A stretch of 64,000 bases of DNA from Chthonomonadales bacterium. GTDB taxonomy: Bacteria > Armatimonadota > Chthonomonadetes > Chthonomonadales > CAJBBX01. The stretch covers positions 72,324 through 136,323 of the forward strand of contig JADLGO010000021.1 in the NCBI GenBank assembly GCA_020849275.1, in the 5' to 3' direction. The position numbers and the translations under genes were made by a program. The notes beneath the pieces are model-generated. The model worked only from the letters and a program-made list of their open reading frames with translations, did not search any database and had not been told where the DNA came from. Shown piece by piece: positions 37,360 to 45,037 of the stretch. The stretch's first letter is position 1. Each line of letters starts with the position of its first letter.

Positions 37360-39081
37360 GCGCGCCACGAGCTCGTCAACCGGCGACGCGCCCAGGTCGC
37401 CCTCGCCGCGCCTGCGCACGGAGACTACGCCCGCCTCCATGTCGCGGCGGCCAAGAATCAGCATGTAGGGAACCTTCTGGACCTCCGCCTCGGCGACCTT
37501 CTTCCCCACGCGCTCGGAGCGCGAATCGACCTCCACGCGGAAGCCCTCGGCGCGGAGCCTCTCCGCGACGGATCCGGCGTAGTCGCGCTGCGCGTCCGTG
37601 ATCGGCAGGATCGCGACCTGAACCGGCGCGAGCCAGAACGGGAAGGCGCCCGCGTAGTGCTCGATCAGCAGGCCGATCATGCGCTCCATGGACCCGAACG
37701 GCGCGCGATGGAGCATGATGGGCCGATGCGCCTTGCCGTCCTCGCCGATGTACTCCAGCTCGAAGCGCTCCGGCAGGTTGTAGTCCACCTGCACCGTGCC
37801 CATCTGCCACTCCCGGCCCAGCGCGTCGCGGACCAGCAGGTCGAGTTTCGGGCCATAGAACGCCGCGTCCCCCTCCGACACGACGTAGTCGAGCTCGAGG
37901 TCACGAACCGCATCTTCGATCACGCGTTGCGCGGCGGCCCAGTTCTCGTCGGAGCCGACGTACTTGTCGCTATCGGGGTCGCGCGTGCCCAGGCGCAGCC
38001 GGTAGCTCGTCAGACCGAGCCGGCGCAGCACGAGGAGGATCAGGTCAACGACTGCCTTGAGCTCGCTCGCGAGTTGCTCGGGCGTGCAAAAGATGTGGCT
38101 GTCGTCGACCGTGAATCCGCGCACGCGCAGCAGGCCGTTGAGCTCCCCGCTCTGCTCATAGCGATAGCACGTGCCGAACTCGGCGAGGCGGATCGGCAGG
38201 TCGCGATATGAGCGGAGCTGGCTGGCATAGACGTAGATGTGGTGCGGGCAGTTCATCGGCTTCAGGATGAACGTCTCACCGCTCTCCGGGTCCTCCATGA
38301 ACGGGAACATCTTCTCGCGGAACGTCGCGATGTGTCCCGAGCGGGCGTAGAGCTTGCTGCTGCCGATGTGCGGCGACACCACCGGCAGATAGCCGCGGCG
38401 GAGTTGCTCCGCCTTGAGAAAGCCCTCCAGCGTTTCGCGAAGCGTGGCGCCCTTCGGGAGCCAGACCGGCAGCCCGGAGCCCAGGTCGCCGCTCAGAAGG
38501 AACAGGCCGAGCTCGCGCCCCAGCACGCGGTGGTCGCGCTTGCGGGCCTCCTCCAGGCGCCGCAGGTAGTCGTCGAGCTCCTCGCGCGAGGGCCAGGCGG
38601 TCCCGTAGATGCGCGTCAGCATCTTGTTGCGCTCGTCGCCGCGCCAATAGGCTCCCGCGATGCTCAGAAGGTGGAAGTGGCGCACGTCGGCCGTCGACGA
38701 TACGTGCGGGCCCCTGCACAGGTCGATCCAGTCACCCTGCTGGTAGAAGCTGATCACCTCGTCAGGCGGCAGGTCCCGAATCAACTCCACCTTGTAGGGC
38801 TCGTCCCGGCCCTCGCAGAGCGCCACGGCCTCCTCGCGGCCCAACTCCTTACGCACGATCGCGAGGTCGCGCGCCGCGATCTCGTGCATTCGCTCCTCGA
38901 TGCGCGGGAGGTCCTCGTCGTGAACCGGCGACGGCAACTCGAAGTCATAGTAGAACCCGTCCTCGATCGGCGGGCCAATAGCGTAACGGACTCCGGGGAA
39001 CAACTCGCCGACGGCCTGTGCCATCAGGTGCGCCGCCGAGTGGCGAAGCTGGTAGTTGGGGTCCTGGTCAGGTCCCTTCAT
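37336..39081 (-). CDS. thrS: threonine--tRNA ligase (no N-terminal TGS domain)
   Basis: [11 protein letters not shown] (editing/second additional domain), class II motifs ([28 protein letters not shown]), and an anticodon-binding C-terminal domain. The protein starts about 60 aa later than canonical ~640-aa ThrRS. Confidence 0.95.
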   Translation of the reverse strand: MKGPDQDPNYQLRHSAAHLMAQAVGELFPGVRYAIGPPIEDGFYYDFELPSPVHDEDLPRIEERMHEIAARDLAIVRKELGREEAVALCEGRDEPYKVELIRDLPPDEVISFYQQGDWIDLCRGPHVSSTADVRHFHLLSIAGAYWRGDERNKMLTRIYGTAWPSREELDDYLRRLEEARKRDHRVLGRELGLFLLSGDLGSGLPVWLPKGATLRETLEGFLKAEQLRRGYLPVVSPHIGSSKLYARSGHIATFREKMFPFMEDPESGETFILKPMNCPHHIYVYASQLRSYRDLPIRLAEFGTCYRYEQSGELNGLLRVRGFTVDDSHIFCTPEQLASELKAVVDLILLVLRRLGLTSYRLRLGTRDPDSDKYVGSDENWAAAQRVIEDAVRDLELDYVVSEGDAAFYGPKLDLLVRDALGREWQMGTVQVDYNLPERFELEYIGEDGKAHRPIMLHRAPFGSMERMIGLLIEHYAGAFPFWLAPVQVAILPITDAQRDYAGSVAERLRAEGFRVEVDSRSERVGKKVAEAEVQKVPYMLILGRRDMEAGVVSVRRRGEGDLGASPVDELVARLRVEALG

Positions 39082-39160
39082 AGGGCGCTCCTCTCCGGGC
39101 CGCGCGCGCCGGCCGACGCGACGGCGTGACGTTCAGGCGGCTGGCCCGAATGGGCCGGCA

Positions 39161-39202
39161 GGAAACGGAAAAGGCGCCCTCTCATCGTGTGAGATGGCGC
39201 CC
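39161..39202 (-). terminator. intrinsic terminator (attenuator) inside the thrS 5' leader
   Basis: Minus-strand RNA GGGCGCCAUCUCA-cacga-UGAGAGGGCGCCU followed by UUUUCCGUUUCC. 12 of 13 positions pair. It ends about 80 nt before the thrS ATG. Confidence 0.6.
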
Positions 39203-39343
39203 ATGGGATGCGGCAGCGGGTCGACGCGAATCAACGGCGGCGACAAGCCATGGCGCCGGCGCGCGAGGTGACAACCAACGCTCGCGGAGCCTCACAGTTC
39301 GCGGGATTGCGCGCCGGCCGGGTAGCCACGAGCCCGTGCTCCT

Positions 39344-39373
39344 TTGCTCGACGGTCTATGCCATGATTATAGG
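39344..39373 (+). promoter_or_regulatory. candidate promoter for the SAM hydrolase / Hsp70-like genes (TTGCTC-17 nt-TGaTTATAG), overlapping the thrS -10
   Basis: TTGCTC at 39344-39349 and TG at 39364-39365. The A/T hexamer at 39367-39372 shares bases with the minus-strand TATAAT. Confidence 0.4.
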
Positions 39374-39394
39374 CTGTCGGCCCATCCCTGTCAA
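39366..39394 (-). promoter_or_regulatory. perfect-consensus sigma-70 promoter for thrS (TTGACA-17 nt-TATAAT)
   Basis: TTGACA is the reverse complement of 39389-39394 and TATAAT is the reverse complement of 39366-39371. Confidence 0.65.
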
Positions 39395-39442
39395 GCGCTT
39401 CCGGGCCGGCGCTTCCGGGCCGGCCCTCCGGGGGAATGCGCG

Positions 39443-40285
39443 ATGGTGACAGACGGCTCCGGTCCGGTGATCGCGATCACCACGGACTTCGGCCTTACCG
39501 ATGAGTACGTTGGCGTGATGAAGGGCGTCCTCCTGGCGATCGCGCCACGGGCGCGCATCGTGGACCTGTGCCACGGAGTGCCGCCGCATGACGTGGCGGC
39601 GGGCGCGCTCATCCTGGAGGCGGCCGCACCCTACTTCGCTCCCGGCACGGTACATCTCGCCGTCGTGGACCCAGGCGTGGGGACGGAACGCGCTGCCGTG
39701 GCGGTGCGGACACGGCGGTCATGGCTGGTAGGCCCCGACAACGGTCTGCTGTCGCTGGTGGTCGCGGCGCAGGGGCTGGAGGAGGCCGTTCGCCTGACGC
39801 GCCCTGCGTACCGCCTGCATCCTGTCAGCGCCACGTTCCACGGGCGCGACGTGTTCGCGCCCGCGGCCGCTCATCTCGCCGCCGGCGTGGCGCTCTCGGC
39901 CCTCGGGGAGCCGGCCCAGACGATCGCCCCTCTGGGGCCGTCCGGTCCGGCGTGGGTCGGCGGCGAGTTGGAGGGGCACGTCCTGCGCGTCGACCGGTTC
40001 GGAAACGCGGTTACCGACGTGCGCGCGGAAGTGCTGGCGGAGCGGGGGATGATGGCTGGCGCGGCCACGGCGCGCCTTGGCGGCGGCGGCGAGGCGCGGC
40101 TTGCGCGCACGTTCGCCGACGTGGCGCCGGGCGAGCCCGTGGCCTACGTCGGCAGCTCCGGCCGGCTCGAGGTGGCGGTGCGCGGCGGGAGCGCCGCGGC
40201 CGTGTATGGGCTGAGGCCCGGCAGCGTCGTTCGGGTGGCGCTCGGGCGGCCGCGCGGGCCAGGAACTGAGCGGCTCGACGGCTAA
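39443..40285 (+). CDS. SAM hydrolase / SAM-dependent halogenase family protein (DUF62, S-adenosyl-L-methionine hydroxide adenosyltransferase)
   Basis: ORF trimmed to ATG 39443. IAITTDFGLTDEYVGVMKGV...VVDPGVGTERAAVAV...ATFHGRDVFAPAAAHLA are hallmark DUF62 motifs. Confidence 0.8.
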   Translation: MVTDGSGPVIAITTDFGLTDEYVGVMKGVLLAIAPRARIVDLCHGVPPHDVAAGALILEAAAPYFAPGTVHLAVVDPGVGTERAAVAVRTRRSWLVGPDNGLLSLVVAAQGLEEAVRLTRPAYRLHPVSATFHGRDVFAPAAAHLAAGVALSALGEPAQTIAPLGPSGPAWVGGELEGHVLRVDRFGNAVTDVRAEVLAERGMMAGAATARLGGGGEARLARTFADVAPGEPVAYVGSSGRLEVAVRGGSAAAVYGLRPGSVVRVALGRPRGPGTERLDG

Positions 40286-40322
40286 CTGAGGTAGACATAC
40301 GGGAGGGCGACTGACGCCGCCG

Positions 40323-41966
40323 ATGGAAACGCACTGGGCTATCGACCTCGGCACTACGAACACGATGCTCGCGCGCTGGCTGGGCACTCACGCCGAGACC
40401 GTCGCGCTGGAACCGATATGCGAGCTGGAGCCGGCCTGGCAGACGCCGCTGGTTCCGAGCGTGGTCTACTTCGAGAGCGGCGACCACGGCTACATCGGCA
40501 AGCAGGCCTTGGCTGCCGACGAGGTGATGCGGGCCACCTTCGCGGGCCGCCTTACACCGCTCGCGCGCTCGTTCAAGCGCGTGCTCGCCCGCAGCAGCCA
40601 GCAGCCGGTCGCGGAGTGCGCCGGCGCCCCCATTTCGGCCCGGCAGTGCGCCACCGTCTTCCTCGGTGAGCTCCTATCGATCGCGAACGAGCGCGAGCGC
40701 GCGCTAGCGACCAACGCGATCCCGAGCTGGAACGTGGTGCGCCGCCTGGTTGCCTGGATGCGCCGCGAGGGCCTGGTGAACGACCTCACCATGACGGTGC
40801 CGGTCGAGAGCTTTGAGCCCTACCGCATGGAGCTACAGTATATCGCGCGCAAACTGGGCGTGCAGCGGTTCCGCACGCTCGATGAGCCCGTGGCCGCCGC
40901 GCTCGGCTACGGCGTCGACCTGAGCGACGACCGCGACCTGCTCGTCGTTGACTTCGGCGGCGGGACGCTCGACATCGCCGTGGCCCGGACCAACCTGGCC
41001 AACCTACCCGGGGACCGAGGGCGCGGGCCCGGCCACCGCAAGGCCGAGTTGATCAGCGCGCGCGGCCTGAACCTGGGCGGGGAGACGGTGGACGAGTGGG
41101 TGACCGGCATGGCCTGCGCCAAGCTCGCGGCCCACGCCGACAAGATGCGGGCCACGCTGCGCGCCCAGGCCGAGACCGTGAAGAAGGAGCTGTCCGGCAA
41201 GGTCCTGACCACCGACGAAACCTACTTCCGCCTGCCGGGCATGGAGCCCCTCCACGTCAGCCGCAAGGAGTTCCTGGAGACGCTGGAGCGCAACGACCTG
41301 TACCGGCTTCTGGAGCAGGTTGTCGACGCCGCCCTCGACGACGCCCGCCACCGTGTTGGCGCGCCCGACCTGGACGCAGTGCTCCTCGTCGGGGGTTCCA
41401 CGCTGCTGCCGGGTGTGCGCGAGCTGTTCGAGCGGCTGTTCGGCGCCCACCGCGTCCACTACTGGGAGCCCTTTGAGGCGGTCGTGAAGGGTGCGGCCAT
41501 CTACGGCGCCGGCTACTACGTCGACCAGATCATCCACCACGACTACGCCGTCCGCGTCTACAGCGACTCCGCGCAGCGCCCGGAGTACGAGCAGTTGATC
41601 CGCCGGGGCACGCCCTACCCGACTCCGCTCGGGTTCCAGACGCGCTACTACGCGGTGGCCCCGCGCCAGCAGTACTTCAGCCTGCCCGTCTGTGAGGTCG
41701 GCTACGCCGGTCGCCTCACGCTCAACTGGCAGCGGCGCAACAACGGCCACGACTACTGGTTGCCGCAGGGCAACGAAGAGGATGAGTGCGTCGTGACGCT
41801 CAACGAGGGCGACGCGCTGCGCCTCTATCCGCCGGGGCAGGGCAACCAGGCGCGCCTGCGCATCGACTTCACCATCGACGATGAGCGCTACCTTTGCGCC
41901 ACGATCCACGACCTGCAACGCGAGCGCAACATTCGCGCGCAGGACCGCGTCGTGCGCCTTCGCTGA
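40323..41966 (+). CDS. non-canonical Hsp70 family protein (actin-like ATPase domain plus truncated substrate-binding domain, no lid)
   Basis: AIDLGTTNT, DEPVAAALGYG, VVDFGGGTLDIAV and LVGGSTLLPGVRELF motifs. 547 aa. Confidence 0.8.
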   Translation: METHWAIDLGTTNTMLARWLGTHAETVALEPICELEPAWQTPLVPSVVYFESGDHGYIGKQALAADEVMRATFAGRLTPLARSFKRVLARSSQQPVAECAGAPISARQCATVFLGELLSIANERERALATNAIPSWNVVRRLVAWMRREGLVNDLTMTVPVESFEPYRMELQYIARKLGVQRFRTLDEPVAAALGYGVDLSDDRDLLVVDFGGGTLDIAVARTNLANLPGDRGRGPGHRKAELISARGLNLGGETVDEWVTGMACAKLAAHADKMRATLRAQAETVKKELSGKVLTTDETYFRLPGMEPLHVSRKEFLETLERNDLYRLLEQVVDAALDDARHRVGAPDLDAVLLVGGSTLLPGVRELFERLFGAHRVHYWEPFEAVVKGAAIYGAGYYVDQIIHHDYAVRVYSDSAQRPEYEQLIRRGTPYPTPLGFQTRYYAVAPRQQYFSLPVCEVGYAGRLTLNWQRRNNGHDYWLPQGNEEDECVVTLNEGDALRLYPPGQGNQARLRIDFTIDDERYLCATIHDLQRERNIRAQDRVVRLR

Positions 41967-41993
41967 GGTCGCTCCCTCCTCGCCGCCCGTCGG

Positions 41994-44267
41994 CTAACGC
42001 CACATGGCGGCCCGCGCCATGGCGCACGCCAACACGCCCGCGGCGAGGGTCATCAGGTACAGGCCCACGCGGAACGTGGCCGGCCGGTACCGGAACTCCA
42101 CCACGTGCTCGCCGGCCGGGATGACGACGCGCCGAAACACGCCGTCGCGACCGATCGGCGCCGGCCGGTCGTCCACGCTGGCCTGCCAACCGGGATACCA
42201 GAGGTCCGCGAGGCGCAGTTCCGCGGCCGTCGGCGCGGCGACGCGCAAGGCAACCCACGTGGGCGCGTCCGCCAGCCACTGCACCCGCGCGCCGCCCGAC
42301 GGAACGACGGATGCGCGCCCCACGGCGCCCGGTAGACGGTGGAACGCGATGCCCTCGAGCATCGCCGGACGGGCGGCGGGGAGGTCGAGCGGGCGGCGCG
42401 ACAGCACGAGCACGACGCCGGATTCGGCGGCCAGCGGGCTGTGCGGGTTGCGCGCGAAGACCATGTTGCCGACCTCCGGCGGGCTGGAGTCGCGGCCCGC
42501 CATGCGGTCCATGAACGCCTTGTAGCGGCCGGCGAAGAGCGAGTCGTAGCCCTGTACGTCGCGGAGCCCGAAGACCATGGCGCCGTTCGGGGCGAGCACG
42601 GCGTCCGGCCCCGCGAAGCTCCAGCCCTCGTTCACCGGCATGACGCGGTCGTGCCCGGCGATGGCGCGCGCGGCTTCGATCGCCGGCGTGGTCGGGTATA
42701 CCTCCGACGGCGGCGCCGACGGGTTCAGTCCGGCGTTGGCGGCCATCAGGTCGACGGCGGTGACTGCCACCAGCAGTGCTGCCCATGCGCGCGCCCGGGG
42801 CGCGTCGCGAGAGAGCGCCGCCACGGCGCCCGCTGAGAGCGCGAGCAGCGCGAGTTGGCGCGGCAGGCCGGCCAGCGGCACGCCCGCCAGCGCCGGGGGC
42901 AGGGGCAGGGCATAGGCCGCGCCGGCCCACGCGAGCGCCAGCGCGGCCACGACCGCCGTGATGGCGCGCAACGCCGGAGCGCGCAGACCGCCCGGAGCGC
43001 GAATCAGATCGTCGAGCCCGAGGCCGGCGAGGGTGGCGAGCGCGAAGGCCCAGAGGACGAGCGCGCGGCCGGGTGAGCCGCTCTGGCCGAAGCCGGGCAG
43101 GCGGAAGTAGAGAAGCGCGTCGACCGGCGTTCCGAACGCCATCAGAAGCGCGAGGGCGGCCAGCGCGGCGAGGAGCGCGCGCACGCCGGCCCGGGGCGCC
43201 CGGCGCCGCAGGGCGCACGCCGCCAGCAGCAGTGTGGGCAGGCCCACGTAGAGCGCGCCCTCCGCGAAGTTGAACGCAATTCCGCCGCGGCTGATGCCGA
43301 AGTATGGGTGCTGGTCGTCGCCCGGCTGCCCGAAGTAGCCGGGCAGGAGGAGCGTGGCGAGCGCCGCCGGATGCACCGCATACGCCGTGTAGGCGGCGTA
43401 TCCGGCGGCCGTCGGCTTGCCTGCCCGATGGGAGCGGCGCGACAACTCGAGGGTGGGGAGGACCTGCGGCGCCGACAGGGCGATGCCCGCCGCCAGCGCC
43501 GCGATGTACCACCCGAGCGCCCGGCCTGCCCGGCCGTGCTGGCCGCCCGCCGCGGCCCGTGCGACGAGGCATACGGCCAGGGCGGACCCGGCCAGAAGCA
43601 CGTAGAACGCGATCTGCAGATGCCCCCCGAGCAACGCCATCCCCACCGCGAGCGCGACGACGGCGGAGCGCGCCGGCCCGGGCCGAGCGGCGACGCGCAG
43701 GATGGCCCACAGAAGCAACGGAAGCCAGCAGGAGCTGTCGAGGAACGTGGGCAGGTGCAGCCAGGCGACCTGCCATGCGCAGAAGGCGTAGGCGACGCCC
43801 GACAGGGCGGCTCCGGCGCGCCCCGCGCCCAGCTCCCGCACAAACAGGTACGTGAAGCACGCCGCGGCGAGCAGGTGCAACAGAGCGGTCCAGCCCATCG
43901 CGGTCGCGGTGGGAAGCAGGTAGTGGAGCAGATTGCCCGGATAGAGCACGGCCGACTGGCTGTTGGCCACGAACGGCGTGCCGCAGAACTGGTAGGGATT
44001 CCAGAGGGGGAGAAGGCCGGCCCGCACGCTCTGGCCGGCGAAATGACGCCAGGGGTAGAACTGGCCGACCGCATCGTAGAGCAGCGGGTTCCAAGGCGGG
44101 CGCTGCTGCGGCGGACGCTCCGCCGACCACGGGGCGATGTAGCCGAGAAGGCCGGCGGGCACGAAGACCTCGCCGCCCACCAGCGAGCGCCAGAGCAAGA
44201 GGCCTCCGGCGAACGCGAACAGCGCGAACGGCCATGCCGCGCGGGCGCGCCAGGGCGGGCGGGTCAT
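41994..44267 (-). CDS. YfhO-like polytopic membrane protein (putative glycosyltransferase-fold)
   Basis: At least 10 hydrophobic helices. The N-terminal region (LYDAVGQFYPWRHF...LPLWNPYQFCGTPFVANSQSAVLYPGNLLHYL) resembles the YfhO family. The overlapping 788-aa ORF in another frame is Arg-rich noise. Confidence 0.7.
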   Translation of the reverse strand: MTRPPWRARAAWPFALFAFAGGLLLWRSLVGGEVFVPAGLLGYIAPWSAERPPQQRPPWNPLLYDAVGQFYPWRHFAGQSVRAGLLPLWNPYQFCGTPFVANSQSAVLYPGNLLHYLLPTATAMGWTALLHLLAAACFTYLFVRELGAGRAGAALSGVAYAFCAWQVAWLHLPTFLDSSCWLPLLLWAILRVAARPGPARSAVVALAVGMALLGGHLQIAFYVLLAGSALAVCLVARAAAGGQHGRAGRALGWYIAALAAGIALSAPQVLPTLELSRRSHRAGKPTAAGYAAYTAYAVHPAALATLLLPGYFGQPGDDQHPYFGISRGGIAFNFAEGALYVGLPTLLLAACALRRRAPRAGVRALLAALAALALLMAFGTPVDALLYFRLPGFGQSGSPGRALVLWAFALATLAGLGLDDLIRAPGGLRAPALRAITAVVAALALAWAGAAYALPLPPALAGVPLAGLPRQLALLALSAGAVAALSRDAPRARAWAALLVAVTAVDLMAANAGLNPSAPPSEVYPTTPAIEAARAIAGHDRVMPVNEGWSFAGPDAVLAPNGAMVFGLRDVQGYDSLFAGRYKAFMDRMAGRDSSPPEVGNMVFARNPHSPLAAESGVVLVLSRRPLDLPAARPAMLEGIAFHRLPGAVGRASVVPSGGARVQWLADAPTWVALRVAAPTAAELRLADLWYPGWQASVDDRPAPIGRDGVFRRVVIPAGEHVVEFRYRPATFRVGLYLMTLAAGVLACAMARAAMWR

Positions 44268-44275
44268 GCGCCGGA

Positions 44276-44629
44276 CTACGGGAACAGGTCCAGGTTCGTG
44301 CGAGCCTTCTCGTTGGCGGGATCGAGCCGGAGCACCTCGCCGAATGCGGCCCGGGCCTCGTCGTACATGCCGAGCATGGCGTACGTCAGGGCCAGGTCGT
44401 TGCGCGCGGTGGTGTTGCCGGGATCGAGATCGACCGCGCGCTGGAGGGCCGCCAGGGAATCATCGAACTCGCCAACGAACCCGAGCACGAGGCCGATCTG
44501 GTGCTGGGCCTCGGCGCACTCCGGTTCCTCGGAGAGCGCGGTCCGCAGTTCGGCGAGCGCCTCGTCGTACCGCCCGGCCACCTTGAGCGCCCGTCCCTTC
44601 TCCAGGTGCAGGTTCGCAACCTTGCCCAT
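44276..44629 (-). CDS. tetratricopeptide (TPR) repeat protein
   Basis: Three consecutive 34-aa TPR units, e.g. AEAQHQIGLVLGFVGEFDDSLAALQRAVDLDPGN. Confidence 0.8.
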   Translation of the reverse strand: MGKVANLHLEKGRALKVAGRYDEALAELRTALSEEPECAEAQHQIGLVLGFVGEFDDSLAALQRAVDLDPGNTTARNDLALTYAMLGMYDEARAAFGEVLRLDPANEKARTNLDLFP

Positions 44630-44882
44630 AGCGGTGGTACTCCCACGACGCAGGATCGCGTCACGAGGAAGCCCGGAATGGCTGTAGCCGGTTCGTGCAC
44701 ACCGGGCGCCTGGACGCCGGCCTCAGCGGCGGATGCGCCACGCGCAGCGGACAGCGCCGCATGGCCCACCGGTGGCGCTTCGTGGCGCCATTCGGGTTCG
44801 TCAGGGCGCCGCGGCGCGCGTGTCGGAACAACGGGTCGGGGAGCCGCCACTCGCAACAGGGCGGCACTCCGTCTACTCCTGT

Positions 44883-44911
44883 ATCATAGCATGGAAGCCG
44901 TCGCAGGTCAA
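44883..44911 (-). promoter_or_regulatory. near-consensus sigma-70 promoter (TTGACC-17 nt-TATGAT) roughly 245 nt upstream of the TPR-YfhO operon
   Basis: TTGACC is the reverse complement of 44906-44911 and TATGAT is the reverse complement of 44883-44888. Confidence 0.6.
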
Positions 44912-44973
44912 GCCCGAGCGCCGGCCTTCCGGGAGCCCCGGGCGGGCCCGGCCGCGGCACACGACGAGCCCGG

Positions 44974-45003
44974 TTGACCCGCCGAGCGGCGCTCTGATAC
45001 AAT
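44974..45003 (+). promoter_or_regulatory. near-consensus sigma-70 promoter (TTGACC-18 nt-TGaTACAAT) for the sugar ABC ATPase
   Basis: TTGACC at 44974-44979 and TACAAT at 44998-45003, with an upstream TG. AGGAGG at 45027-45032 precedes GTG 45038. Confidence 0.6.
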
Positions 45004-45037
45004 GGGGCCGTCTGACCGCCGCCCCAGGAGGCCCACC

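Noticed and set aside
39230-39258. Leader-peptide attenuation for thrS: the tiny ORF AUGGCUUGUCGCCGCCGUUGA (MACRRR) inside the leader.
   Set aside because: It has no Shine-Dalgarno and no Thr codons (it has three Arg codons), so it does not fit an amino-acid-sensing leader peptide for a threonine gene.
44630-44876. c-di-AMP (ydaO-type) riboswitch or SRP/6S RNA identity for the TPR-YfhO leader.
   Set aside because: Only a short CCCG...UCCGACA string resembles the ydaO 3' half. No SRP domain IV motif (GGAAGCAGC) and no 6S-like end-to-end helix could be found by eye. It is left as an unassigned structured leader.
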